A stretch of 64,000 bases of DNA from a virus. The DNA is taken from positions 1 to 64,000 of IMG/VR virus record IMGVR_UViG_3300034418_007369, one strand, 5' to 3'. The position numbers were made by a program, and so were the translations under genes. The first letter of the stretch is position 1. The number at the start of each line of letters is the position of its first letter. Positions 1 to 8,473 of this stretch are shown in pieces. The notes under the pieces were generated by a model. That model was not told the DNA's origin. It did no database searches and saw only the letters and a list, made by a program, of their open reading frames with translations.

Positions 1-357
1 GTTATTGATGGTATTCGGTTGAACGAGCAAATTGTTATGCGACCAGAAACCCTATCTCTACATCAAATTAATTCAGAAACAGACCTAGATAAAAGGTCTA
101 TTATGATTGAAAGGTTTGGATGGGATAGATTTATTAAAGAATCTAAAGCAGAATGTCTTGACAAAAGACATAATTTGGTTGAAAATACAAAGGAGGCACT
201 TTTTAAAACAGAGTTTGCTGGGAACAGGTTGATTGTAACCTGTCCAACGGGTAGAGTTTTCTCTCTTGGAGTGCCGTCTGATGTTAAGACTTGCGAATCA
301 GCGCAGTCTTGGTTAGGTAGCGAAGAAGAAAAGATTAATGTTATTGCTAGAACTTAG
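1..357 (+). CDS. DUF6745-like phage protein, C-terminal part (5' end lies outside the window)
   Basis: Frame 1 is open from base 1. Motifs RSIMIERFGWDRF and TCPTGRVFSLGVP..CESAQSWL resemble the DUF6745 C-terminus. Confidence 0.65.
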   Translation, partial: VIDGIRLNEQIVMRPETLSLHQINSETDLDKRSIMIERFGWDRFIKESKAECLDKRHNLVENTKEALFKTEFAGNRLIVTCPTGRVFSLGVPSDVKTCESAQSWLGSEEEKINVIART

Positions 358-372
358 AACTTAGGAGTTAAA

Positions 373-831
373 ATGATTGAAATTGAAGAAATCGTAAATT
401 ATGCCAGTAGTATTGCCGATGGTTGTGAGTCTGTAAAAGCGGGTTCTCCTGTGAGATTTACAGAGGCATCCACGCTAAATGATAGAATTTGGCAGGGTGA
501 TCTTGGAATCACTATCAAGTCCAGTATCCCAAGTGGGTACGATCAAATCTCTATTGCTGATTTTAAAAATAGCAATGGGAATCAGTTGGTACACGGTTCT
601 AACAAAGGTAGCAAGCATTGTATTGATTCATTTGATGGTGTTAAAATGTTTGTTCCAAAAAACTGGAATGAAGAAAGTTTGCTTGGCCCGTTTATGATTC
701 TTGAAAAGGAAAGGACAATTACCCATCCTACTCACGGCGATGTTACTATTCCTAAGAATTTTTGTATTCAGATTACATATCAGAGAGAGTACGACAATGA
801 ACAAAAACAAGAACGGCGAGCGAGAGACTAA
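373..831 (+). CDS. Conserved phage protein that typically neighbours DUF6745 genes
   Basis: AGGAG RBS; QGD, HPTHG and QREY..RARD motifs. Confidence 0.6.
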   Translation: MIEIEEIVNYASSIADGCESVKAGSPVRFTEASTLNDRIWQGDLGITIKSSIPSGYDQISIADFKNSNGNQLVHGSNKGSKHCIDSFDGVKMFVPKNWNEESLLGPFMILEKERTITHPTHGDVTIPKNFCIQITYQREYDNEQKQERRARD

Positions 832-1054
832 GGTTCGGAATCAGGTTGGGGGTCAGGTTTGGGATCAGGTTCGGGGTCAGGTTTGGGAGCAGGTTTGGAA
901 TCAGGCTGGGGATCAGGTTCAGGATCAGGTTCAGGATCAGGTTGGGGATCAGGTTGGGGGTCAGGTTTGGGATCAGGTTCGGGGTCAGGTTTGGGAGCAG
1001 GTTTGGAATCAGGTTGGGGATCAGGTAAGGCAAAAGATTAAAGAATCCTCTTGA
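797..1054 (+). CDS. Possible short QVWDQV-repeat protein
   Basis: ATG at 797 is in the QV frame and overlaps the upstream gene by 35 nt. Start is uncertain. Confidence 0.4.
   Translation: MNKNKNGERETKVRNQVGGQVWDQVRGQVWEQVWNQAGDQVQDQVQDQVGDQVGGQVWDQVRGQVWEQVWNQVGDQVRQKIKESS
830..1033 (+). repeat. 12-bp tandem repeat, consensus CAGGTT-NGG-RRT (15 full units, 842-1021), encoding QVxx tetrapeptides
   Basis: Units are directly visible. Units 1-6 (842-913) recur as units 10-15 (950-1021) with one mismatch. Confidence 0.95.
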
Positions 1055-1078
1055 CTTTGACGATTTACATAGTATAAT
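1051..1078 (+). promoter_or_regulatory. Class A (sigma70-like) promoter TTGACT-ttga-CGA-N9-TATAAT
   Basis: -35 and -10 hexamers with a 16-bp spacer. The fixed CGA is shared with sites at 2374, 3389 and 7271. Confidence 0.8.
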
Positions 1079-1080
1079 AT

Positions 1081-1165
1081 GAGTGTGCAGGTGAGTGACG
1101 ATCAGGGTGTTCACCATAACCCTTAAACCCGATGAAGTAAGGTTGCCTGCCTCTCTTTTATTTTT
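1081..1165 (+). ncRNA. Candidate structured small RNA or leader (three-way junction with kissing loops, ending in a U-tract)
   Basis: Manual folding: outer stem GCAG/CTGC, hairpins at 1090-1115 and 1117-1145, loops ATCAGGG and CCCGAT are complementary. Lies just after a promoter. Confidence 0.55.
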
Positions 1166-1183
1166 CAACCACAGGAGATAGTT

Positions 1184-1555
1184 ATGAATTTACCAAGTCC
1201 AACACCCTTGAGGAAAAAGGGTAAGATGATCCCAAAAGATGAGTTAATTTTTTGGGTGGAGAACAATGTAAAGACAGACGGTTTAGAGATCGTAAAGATC
1301 AGAGACACATACCTCTGGACTGTTGGTGATTACGAGCGCCATCGTCTTGATGTGTTTGATAAGTTCTACCCAGATGGCGAGGGTGAATTTTGTTGGACAA
1401 ATCGTGTAGGTAATAAAAGTTTTTTCTTGCATTACAATACTCAAACTAATACAATAACTGATAAGACAACTGGCCGTGTTGAAGTTAAAGAAAAGCGCGC
1501 AGGCTTACAAGGAATTGCTAAAGGTGGAGAACGTATCGGTAAATCGTTTAGGTGA
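1184..1555 (+). CDS. Hypothetical protein
   Basis: AGGAG RBS, 123-aa ORF. Confidence 0.7.
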   Translation: MNLPSPTPLRKKGKMIPKDELIFWVENNVKTDGLEIVKIRDTYLWTVGDYERHRLDVFDKFYPDGEGEFCWTNRVGNKSFFLHYNTQTNTITDKTTGRVEVKEKRAGLQGIAKGGERIGKSFR

Positions 1556-1559
1556 TATT

Positions 1560-1742
1560 ATGAATAAGAATGTAATTATTGAATTAGACGAAGATGGTTT
1601 TGTTGTGGCGGTTTATTGTCCAGATGAAACCTATGTGGTAAATGTGCTTGATCGTAATGACTGGAATGGTTGCGACGAGAGCATGGACAATTATTATCGA
1701 AGTCTTGAAGAAGAAATAGATAATTTAAAAAATTGTTTTTAG
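1560..1742 (+). CDS. Small acidic hypothetical protein
   Basis: AGGTG RBS before ATG 1560. Confidence 0.6.
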   Translation: MNKNVIIELDEDGFVVAVYCPDETYVVNVLDRNDWNGCDESMDNYYRSLEEEIDNLKNCF

Positions 1743-2302
1743 CGACCACCTTTACTCAAATTATCTTCTGCCCATAATGGTTGAAGATTAGTGTAATGGA
1801 AACATTCTCTCTGTTGTTCTGGATCAGTCAGATCAAACGAACAGCAGGGACGAATGTGGTCAACGTGCCATCCGTGAAGTCCATAGTTTTCCCAGTTCAT
1901 ACCCTCGGTAAATTGTTTTTCAAGATAGGATTTAAGTTCATTGAAAGAGCAGCCAATGAGAGATTCAGTTTTAGCAGATTTAAAACCTCTTGACACAGCT
2001 TGTGACATTCTGCTTGCCAGATTGTTTCTAATTGCATGTTCGGGTTGCTGCCTTCTGATTCTCTGATACTCGTTACGCTTTTCTCTATTGGCCTTACTCC
2101 ATTTAGAAAAGTTTTCACTTCGCTGATCTTTCCTTTTAAGGTTTTGTTCTTTAATTTTATCTTTATTTTTAACGTAACGTAAACGCTCGCAGTCCTTACA
2201 CTTACTATTAACCCCAAGTCTACAGGCGGGATGTTTTGTGAAAAATTCAGTTGTTGCAGGCTTTTCCTGCCCACATTTGGTACATTTTTTAGTTTGATTC
2301 AT
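1739..2302 (-). CDS. HNH (homing-type) endonuclease with N-terminal CxxC zinc finger
   Basis: CTKC..CKDC at the N-terminus; WHVDHIRPC..HYTNLQPLWAEDNLSKG HNH motif; isolated minus-strand gene. Confidence 0.85.
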   Translation of the reverse strand: MNQTKKCTKCGQEKPATTEFFTKHPACRLGVNSKCKDCERLRYVKNKDKIKEQNLKRKDQRSENFSKWSKANREKRNEYQRIRRQQPEHAIRNNLASRMSQAVSRGFKSAKTESLIGCSFNELKSYLEKQFTEGMNWENYGLHGWHVDHIRPCCSFDLTDPEQQRECFHYTNLQPLWAEDNLSKGGR

Positions 2303-2337
2303 GGTTTCCCCTTATTTAAAGAATTGCGTCACTGTAT

Positions 2338-2345
2338 TATACACA
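2338..2345 (-). promoter_or_regulatory. Class B motif TGTGTATA upstream of the HNH gene
   Basis: The same octamer precedes genes at 6285, 10949, 16003, 19115 and 20557. Confidence 0.55.
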
Positions 2346-2373
2346 TTTTTTTAAAAAAAATAAAAGAAACCAC

Positions 2374-2401
2374 TTGACATATACGATACTGATATTAGAA
2401 T
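2374..2401 (+). promoter_or_regulatory. Class A promoter TTGACA-tata-CGA-N9-TAGAAT
   Basis: Preceded by an A-tract UP element; upstream of the rIIB-like gene. Confidence 0.8.
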
Positions 2402-2435
2402 AAAGAAAACTTCCAATTACTTTTAGGAGAATACA

Positions 2436-3329
2436 ATGGCTTTAACTCACATCAAATCTAATTCAAACGAATGGACTGTAACTCTTGGTGGTCAGCCTTT
2501 TATCTTTGACCACACGCATCCACGTTATGCTGGTCTTGTAGAGTGCGTTCATAGTGAAGATGAAGATGAGTTTGTTAATCTTTTCAATACTGGGCATCAG
2601 GTTGAGGACTGGTCAGAGGGCGACTTTGAGTTTCGCGATGGGTTCCTGTATTTCGAGGACGAGCAGATCGCCACTGATCCTACCAACAGGATTATTGAGT
2701 GTATTGCTGGTGGTTTCCCTCACAAGTTCATGCTTAACTACTTGACAAATCTCTATGATAACGTCAGCGAACGAGCAGTTCAAGAGTCCTACAAGTGGAC
2801 AAGTCACAAGGGTTTACCAATCACCGAAGATGGTATGATGGTTGGTTACAAAGGTGTGCGCCCTCATGTTGGCGAGACTATCAACGTAAAGAATGGCGAA
2901 CTGAAAGACGGCGACCTCGTTGACATTTACACTGGTAAAACTTTCCGCAACAATGTTGGCGACAAGTGTAGCATGAAGCGACGACAGGTTTGTGATGACC
3001 ATACTCAGGGTTGCTCTAGTGGTTTGCATGTCGGTACTTACGAGTATGCTTGCAACTGGGCAGGCAACAGCGGCGTTGTCGTTCTTGTTAAGTTTAATCC
3101 AGCAAACATTGTCAGCGTTCCGTCTGACTGTGAACACTCCAAGTTGCGAGTCAGCGAGTACGAAGTTATTGCAGTTGCTCGCGAACAACTAGAGGAACCA
3201 GTCTACATGGAAGATGAGGATGATGAATGTGCGTACTGTGGTGGCGACTGCCCAAATGACCATGAATACGCTTGTGACGGTTATCTTGGTGACATTGATG
3301 CCTACTACGACGATGAAGCAGATTTCTAA
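2436..3329 (+). CDS. rIIB: T4 RIIB-like protein
   Basis: LPITEDG..GYKGV, DIYTG..N.VG, CSSGLH, VKFNPANIVSVPSD and KLRV..YEV motifs. Confidence 0.8.
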   Translation: MALTHIKSNSNEWTVTLGGQPFIFDHTHPRYAGLVECVHSEDEDEFVNLFNTGHQVEDWSEGDFEFRDGFLYFEDEQIATDPTNRIIECIAGGFPHKFMLNYLTNLYDNVSERAVQESYKWTSHKGLPITEDGMMVGYKGVRPHVGETINVKNGELKDGDLVDIYTGKTFRNNVGDKCSMKRRQVCDDHTQGCSSGLHVGTYEYACNWAGNSGVVVLVKFNPANIVSVPSDCEHSKLRVSEYEVIAVAREQLEEPVYMEDEDDECAYCGGDCPNDHEYACDGYLGDIDAYYDDEADF

Positions 3330-3346
3330 ACTGTGGTTGGTTTAGC

Positions 3347-3376
3347 GGGGGTGTAGAAATATGCCCCCATTTTTTC
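3347..3376 (+). terminator. Rho-independent terminator
   Basis: GGGGGTGTA-GAAA-TATGCCCCC followed by a T-tract. Confidence 0.75.
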
Positions 3377-3388
3377 TAAAGTTTATGC

Positions 3389-3416
3389 TTGACAATGACG
3401 ACTTATACTCTATAAT
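3389..3416 (+). promoter_or_regulatory. Class A promoter TTGACA-atga-CGA-N9-TATAAT
   Basis: Perfect hexamers with a 16-bp spacer, upstream of uvsE. Confidence 0.85.
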
Positions 3417-3451
3417 CAGGGTGTAAGTCGTTTTTCACATTGGAGACAAAT

Positions 3452-4357
3452 ATGTATAACTTATGCTGCATCAGCAACGAACTCAAAGAGCAAGGCTACT
3501 CTTTCAAGACTATGACTTGGAAGCAGTTTAACAAGATTCGCGACACAGAAGGTGAGGAGCGCGCTCTGTTCCTGCTAGGCGAGCGTTGGTTCAACAATGT
3601 CGTTGTGACCTTAGAGTGCATCGAGCATTGTGCCAGAGAAGGTTGGGGATACCGTGTGTCGTCAGCATTATTTCCATGTTTGACACACCCAGAGTTTCAC
3701 TACAATGTTTCAGATGTGCCGCAGTACGACGAAATCATGGAACTATTCGAGGAGTGTAGAGCGAACGATGCGTGGCAGGTCAGACTGTCTACACATCCAG
3801 ATCAATTCAACGTGCTTGCCAGCGAGAATCAAGATGCCGTTGACAAGACCATCGCAGAACTCAACCATCACGGTTGGGTTATGGATCAGCTAGGTTGTCA
3901 GCGTAATTACTACAATCCCATAAACATTCATGTCAACTGTACCAAGGGCGATCTCAAAGATATTGCTGCTCGCTTTATGTCCAACCTAAACAAGTGCGAT
4001 TGCAGCGTGACCAGCAGGCTAGTGATTGAGAATGAGGACAAAGGTTGCTGGACTGTTGCTAATTTGCTAGAGCATTTTGACATTCCAATCACTTACGATA
4101 ACTTACACGACAAGTGCAACCCTTCTCAGTTACCATGTCGCGTTCATCCAGCGTGGGGTATGTCTAGTTGTGCTGCTACATGGGGTAGCGTCAAGCCTCT
4201 GTTTCACTACAGCGAGTCACATCCTGACAAGACTAATCCTCGTAGTCACGCAGATATGCCTGTTGACAAACCGTGTAGCGAGCAGTATGATTGGGACATA
4301 GAACTTAAATCCAAGGACGCAGCGATTCGTGCCTGTGCCGCATTAGTAGGAGTTTGA
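3452..4357 (+). CDS. uvsE: UV DNA damage endonuclease (UvsE/UvdE)
   Basis: YRVSS.LFP, RLSTHPDQF.VL, INIH, RLVIENED, D.LH, HYSES and SHAD..ELKSKD.A motifs. Confidence 0.9.
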   Translation: MYNLCCISNELKEQGYSFKTMTWKQFNKIRDTEGEERALFLLGERWFNNVVVTLECIEHCAREGWGYRVSSALFPCLTHPEFHYNVSDVPQYDEIMELFEECRANDAWQVRLSTHPDQFNVLASENQDAVDKTIAELNHHGWVMDQLGCQRNYYNPINIHVNCTKGDLKDIAARFMSNLNKCDCSVTSRLVIENEDKGCWTVANLLEHFDIPITYDNLHDKCNPSQLPCRVHPAWGMSSCAATWGSVKPLFHYSESHPDKTNPRSHADMPVDKPCSEQYDWDIELKSKDAAIRACAALVGV

Positions 4358-4454
4358 CAAATGAGTGAAAAACAAGAACAAGAAGATAGGTCTTACTAAT
4401 TACCGCCAGATATTTATAAGTGGAGGGGTTTTGTACCCTATAAGGAGTTGACAA

Positions 4455-4697
4455 ATGACATTTTTCGTTAAATACAATGGCGATCTTGAAAAAGACCCGC
4501 TTAATCGTGGGGTGGAAGATTTTGCTGACTACGAATCAGCATTTGAATTTGCTAAAAGAATGACCAACAAAGGTCTTGCTACCACAATTTATTCTGGTAC
4601 AATAATGGAAGTGAAACATCAAGCAACCTTCGCAGAAAGAAACAAGGCACTTGACGAACTTACAAAACAAGCACAAGAATTAGATATGGGATATTAG
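4455..4697 (+). CDS. Hypothetical protein
   Basis: AAGGAG RBS; C-terminal ALDELTKQAQELDMGY. Confidence 0.7.
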   Translation: MTFFVKYNGDLEKDPLNRGVEDFADYESAFEFAKRMTNKGLATTIYSGTIMEVKHQATFAERNKALDELTKQAQELDMGY

Positions 4698-4707
4698 GGG
4701 TTGATAA

Positions 4708-4890
4708 ATGAGTTCTAAAGAACTAAAAGAAAAAAATATATGTCAACATTGTGATGGTTTTGGAGGTCAGGGTTGTGGTTATGTGCCAGAGCAAAAAGGG
4801 ATGTTGCCGGTGATGTGTGGATACTGCGATGGTACAGGGGTTAATGATGAAAGAAAAAATCCAAGTAGACATAAGGATGTTGACAAATGA
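4708..4890 (+). CDS. Small DnaJ-type CxxCxGxG zinc-finger protein
   Basis: CQHCDGFG and CGYCDGTG. Confidence 0.7.
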   Translation: MSSKELKEKNICQHCDGFGGQGCGYVPEQKGMLPVMCGYCDGTGVNDERKNPSRHKDVDK

Positions 4891-4982
4891 GTGGAAAAGG
4901 TGATCGTCAGCGACCCGTTGACAAAGAAACTTACGATAAGAATTATGAACTAATTGATTGGGGAACCAAGCATGAAAAGTGA
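4887..4982 (+). CDS. 31-aa phage peptide (MSGKGDRQRPVDKETYDKNYELIDW..)
   Basis: Below the ORF-track cutoff. Has an RBS and an ATGA overlap; GKG..RP..Y..N...I pattern is familiar from phage peptides. Confidence 0.6.
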   Translation: MSGKGDRQRPVDKETYDKNYELIDWGTKHEK

Positions 4983-5133
4983 ACAAGAATTATTATTAGA
5001 GAGAACAATCGCACTATCAAAGGTGGAAGAATACTGTAAAGCACACCTGTTCAGATGTCCAGCGTCAGCATCGCAAGCATCAATGAAATCTATGGCACTC
5101 ACCATTCTTGAAATGATAGAGGGCAAACGATGA
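4972..5133 (+). CDS. 53-aa hypothetical protein
   Basis: Fills the gap and overlaps both neighbours. Confidence 0.5.
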   Translation: MKSEQELLLERTIALSKVEEYCKAHLFRCPASASQASMKSMALTILEMIEGKR

Positions 5134-5351
5134 ATGGTAAACAAATATCAGTAGTAGTAATTGGTATAACATCCATCTTCTTGGTACTATACGATATATT
5201 TGCCCTTTACTTTTTTGGTGTAGATAGTACAATTAGTGTCGTTATGAATGAGTGGAGTTTTCAGGCTCATCCATTATTGGTATTTATACTTGGTATGGTA
5301 TTTGGTGGACTGATAGTACATTTCTTTAAATGGAAACCTATAAATGAGTAA
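5130..5351 (+). CDS. Small two-TM membrane protein
   Basis: Two hydrophobic stretches. Confidence 0.65.
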   Translation: MNGKQISVVVIGITSIFLVLYDIFALYFFGVDSTISVVMNEWSFQAHPLLVFILGMVFGGLIVHFFKWKPINE

Positions 5352-5635
5352 ATTACTAATGATTGGCGCATTTTCTCTTGCTCACCTATCGTACTATGGT
5401 ACAACGGGAGCATTGACATTTGCCGTAATCGCCCTGTCCCTTGAGGTCTTGATAGCAAAATGAATCCATACGAACCAATACATTCTGAAAAACCCAAGTA
5501 CAAGCCACGGTCAGTAGACTGGCCTGATTTCTTTTTTGTTGTATTCTTTTTAATATCCTTCCCTCTTTTGTATGGATTTATATTAGAAAGTGAATTGACA
5601 GAAGATATATTAACTGCTATAAGAAAGTTATTTAG

Positions 5636-6217
5636 ATGAAAGTTTTATTATTACTACTAATAATTAGCATAGACGCAGACCCAGCAAATAAACCTATAGT
5701 GGATACATTTGACTCTATAGAAGTAAACCATAGACTTAACAAATGGGGGGTTGAGAATTTAGCTCAAGTTATTGTTTGGAACTGGTGTAGCGGACACAAT
5801 ACGTTTCATGTGGAGTGGTGGAAAAGTATGAATGATGCTTACACTAGAACCAACGAGGGCGAAGAAGCGTGGAACAAGAAAAGAAGAGAAGTTGCTGACA
5901 GGATAGAACCTTGGGAAGTCAGAAAAGATTTCCTAGATAGCTCATATTACCGTGGCGAGTTTACTGGTGGTGCGCTGTACCCAGTGAAAAACTATACAAA
6001 CGGATACTATGAAATAAAAATAAGAGATAAGTATGGTAGTATTAAAAGAATAATTAGATCAAAAAACTTTACAGAAAGCTGGACTAACAACGATCCAGAG
6101 TATGATGATAGGAAAATTCAGCACCCAAGAAATAGGAAGGGATTGACAAGCGACAATGAAACACTGTTACTACATTTACCACAATTAGAAAAGGGTTTGA
6201 TAGATATTATTAGATAA
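5636..6217 (+). CDS. Hypothetical protein with putative signal peptide
   Basis: N-terminus MKVLLLLLIIS; TTGACA-N17-TATAAG upstream near 5595. Confidence 0.65.
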   Translation: MKVLLLLLIISIDADPANKPIVDTFDSIEVNHRLNKWGVENLAQVIVWNWCSGHNTFHVEWWKSMNDAYTRTNEGEEAWNKKRREVADRIEPWEVRKDFLDSSYYRGEFTGGALYPVKNYTNGYYEIKIRDKYGSIKRIIRSKNFTESWTNNDPEYDDRKIQHPRNRKGLTSDNETLLLHLPQLEKGLIDIIR

Positions 6218-6284
6218 TACTAAAGGAAAAATATCTACCATTAAATATAATCACAGAAACTTAATGGTGTTCATGTTGTTATAT

Positions 6285-6292
6285 TGTGTATA
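6285..6292 (+). promoter_or_regulatory. Class B motif TGTGTATA
   Basis: Intergenic, about 40 nt before ORF 6335. Confidence 0.55.
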
Positions 6293-6334
6293 AATAATTA
6301 GTGAGTCCTCGTACCTCTAACACAAAGAACAACT

Positions 6335-6883
6335 ATGAAATGTTCCACAAAAACTAAAATTAGTAGGATTTTTGTTGTTACCATATTGCTTATTATGGCG
6401 ATTTTGGTAAAATTAGAAAGGGACAAGACCAAGGAAATGATAGCTAGAACCAGTGGAATTATTAACACTCTTTCTGCTGGCGCGTATGTTCAGTCTCAAA
6501 ATGCTGAACTTTTGATAGAAGTTTTCAATAGATTGCGCAGCGCAAATAATGAGAAAGGCAGGCTAGAAATGATCGACGAGCCATTTGATCCACCGATCAA
6601 AGAGCTAGACGTTTCCGGTGGTGCGAACCAAGTAATATCTGATTTAGATGATATTCAAAAATTCTCAAGCGCGCTCGCTATGAATAACGTATTTCAAAGA
6701 GATAGTATCGGAACTATATTAAAGGCATTACGAGAAATGGACGATATTGAAATTAGCCTAGAAGATAAAATGTTTACATTGAGTGACATTCTTTATGGTG
6801 AAGAAGATAAAGTGATTGCAGATTCAGACCTTGAAGATTTTGAGTGGCACTATGTTGACAACCGAAAGCAGGATGATGAGTAG
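6335..6883 (+). CDS. Hypothetical single-TM protein
   Basis: N-terminal hydrophobic helix. Confidence 0.65.
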   Translation: MKCSTKTKISRIFVVTILLIMAILVKLERDKTKEMIARTSGIINTLSAGAYVQSQNAELLIEVFNRLRSANNEKGRLEMIDEPFDPPIKELDVSGGANQVISDLDDIQKFSSALAMNNVFQRDSIGTILKALREMDDIEISLEDKMFTLSDILYGEEDKVIADSDLEDFEWHYVDNRKQDDE

Positions 6884-7202
6884 CCCAGAGTTCTCATCTT
6901 TTGAACCCCACGAACGGAACCTGCCCAAAAAAGAATTGTGGGAAAGAACCATAGAAGTATGGGACTATCTAGTAGAAAATAATTACAGGCCAGCGGACTT
7001 CTCTGCTGGTATTGTTACCATGCGCTACGAAGGTTTCCGTAAACTAATTAAGGCATTTAGTAATTGTGTTAGTGTTCAGGAAACCCCCGTCTACAGAAAT
7101 AGCGCAGTTTGGATTAACGGCATTGAGGTCAGTTATATGGAATTAAAAGACAAACGGAAGTGGAAACCTATAGACGATTGGAAACCATTACATGCAGAAT
7201 GA
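6876..7202 (+). CDS. Hypothetical protein
   Basis: ORF overlapping both neighbours; start uncertain. Confidence 0.55.
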   Translation: MSSPEFSSFEPHERNLPKKELWERTIEVWDYLVENNYRPADFSAGIVTMRYEGFRKLIKAFSNCVSVQETPVYRNSAVWINGIEVSYMELKDKRKWKPIDDWKPLHAE

Positions 7203-7383
7203 CGCAAACATGAGCGACTCTCAATTTATGAGATTTCAAGAGAAAGTTCAGGATAAGATGAAGAACTATGTTGACAATTTCGATAGAGAGAGTAGAATGA
7301 GGGAACTAAAGCGGCGATTCGAGGCCAGCAAAGGACAGAAGAAAACTTTTTGGGAGAAGATTACAGGATGGATAACAAGGTAG
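7192..7383 (+). CDS. Hypothetical protein
   Basis: Short ORF ending TFWEKITGW. Confidence 0.55.
   Translation: MQNDANMSDSQFMRFQEKVQDKMKNYVDNFDRESRMRELKRRFEASKGQKKTFWEKITGWITR
7271..7298 (+). promoter_or_regulatory. Class A promoter TTGACA-attt-CGA-N9-TAGAAT, inside the ORF upstream of thyX
   Basis: Exact match to the class A spacing. Confidence 0.65.
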
Positions 7384-8036
7384 AGTTACTAGGATATTAC
7401 GGGTCAGACGAGATAATCGCCTGTTCTGCGTGGACTTCAACCTCTAGGAATTTAACAGATGAAAAGAAAGCAAGAATCCCATCGCTCATTGAAATGCTCT
7501 GGGTCAACGGACACGAAACCCCCTTCGAGAAGGGGGTAGTCCATTTTCTAGTTGATACAGACATAGCCTCACACATCCATTTGCTAAAACATAGGGTCAG
7601 CAGTCTTAATGCCGAGTCTGCTCGTTATAAAGAATTAAAAGAGGATAAGTATTACATTCCAGAGGACTGGAATGATATAGAGTGTAGCGAGTTTTTACCA
7701 CATGGTGACTGCGGAGAATCTTGGGCTACTATACTAGAAAGGTATGTAGAACAAGGCAATATGTTGTACCATCAATGTATAGCAGACCTTGAACCAGTCT
7801 TGGGACGCAAGCGAGCAAAAGAGTCAGCGAGATTCTTCAAGACTTACAACTCGCAGATTCAGGCAGATGTAATGTTCAATATGCGTAGTTTTGCTAACTT
7901 TATTAAATTAAGAAACAGTCAGCACGCGCAAAAAGAGATTCGTGAGATCGCACAACGGATGTGGGATTTAGTCGCCACCATCGAAGGTGAACCGTTCAAG
8001 CATACATTACAAGCTATCTGGAACGGTAGAAGTTAG
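7368..8036 (+). CDS. thyX: Flavin-dependent thymidylate synthase
   Basis: GHETPFE, KHR..S.N.ESARY, KESARF, N.RS..NF..LR..HAQ.EIR motifs. Confidence 0.92.
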   Translation: MDNKVELLGYYGSDEIIACSAWTSTSRNLTDEKKARIPSLIEMLWVNGHETPFEKGVVHFLVDTDIASHIHLLKHRVSSLNAESARYKELKEDKYYIPEDWNDIECSEFLPHGDCGESWATILERYVEQGNMLYHQCIADLEPVLGRKRAKESARFFKTYNSQIQADVMFNMRSFANFIKLRNSQHAQKEIREIAQRMWDLVATIEGEPFKHTLQAIWNGRS

Positions 8037-8061
8037 TTTTATTATTTTAAAAGGTTATGAT

Positions 8062-8220
8062 ATGAGTGAAAGAAAACGTCTTTTTAATGGTGCGCTTGGT
8101 AAATTTTTAAGAAAATACAAGATCATCAGAAGAACCGCTGTCGTTGGTGGTATTGTTGTGGGATTATATTTTGCTGGCGTTGGGCTGGAGTGGTGGCCTA
8201 ACTTTTTAGTAACTAAATAG
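8062..8220 (+). CDS. Small membrane protein
   Basis: Basic N-terminus plus one TM segment. Confidence 0.55.
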   Translation: MSERKRLFNGALGKFLRKYKIIRRTAVVGGIVVGLYFAGVGLEWWPNFLVTK

Positions 8221-8230
8221 GAGTATTAAA

Positions 8231-8473
8231 ATGACATTCAGGAAGGATGCGCTTGACGCATTAAGAAATCAAGCAGAAGCAGATAGGTTCAAGGCTCTAT
8301 CTAGTTTGAAAATTATGCTAGATCATCCATCGGGAATAGGAGATCACAGCACCGGCGATCTTCACGACAATCTTAACGAAGCACTAAGCCAGTTAGATGA
8401 TGCAGATTCGCGCTTGGATACGTTGAGAAAATATTATTTAGAACTTGGTGGAAATTGGTATTCGGAGGAATAA
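8231..8473 (+). CDS. Conserved phage coiled-coil protein (GIGDH motif)
   Basis: AGGAG RBS; PSGIGDHS motif. Confidence 0.7.
   Translation: MTFRKDALDALRNQAEADRFKALSSLKIMLDHPSGIGDHSTGDLHDNLNEALSQLDDADSRLDTLRKYYLELGGNWYSEE

Noticed and set aside
830-1033. CRISPR array or DGR template repeat
   Set aside because: No unique spacers, variation is not adenine-specific, and there is no reverse transcriptase or cas operon in the window.
1081-1160. Hammerhead or pistol ribozyme identity for the small RNA
   Set aside because: It lacks the CUGANGA plus GAAA core and the pistol consensus, so it is left unassigned.
773-1168. Minus-strand PNLI-repeat ORF and the plus-strand GSGS and RFGI frames
   Set aside because: Shadow frames of the stop-free 12-bp repeat. 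The minus ORF also runs across a promoter and the candidate RNA.
1166-3339. 9-bp inverted pair CAACCACAG (1166) / CTGTGGTTG (3331)
   Set aside because: Short, 2.2 kb apart and spanning several transcription units, so plausibly chance.
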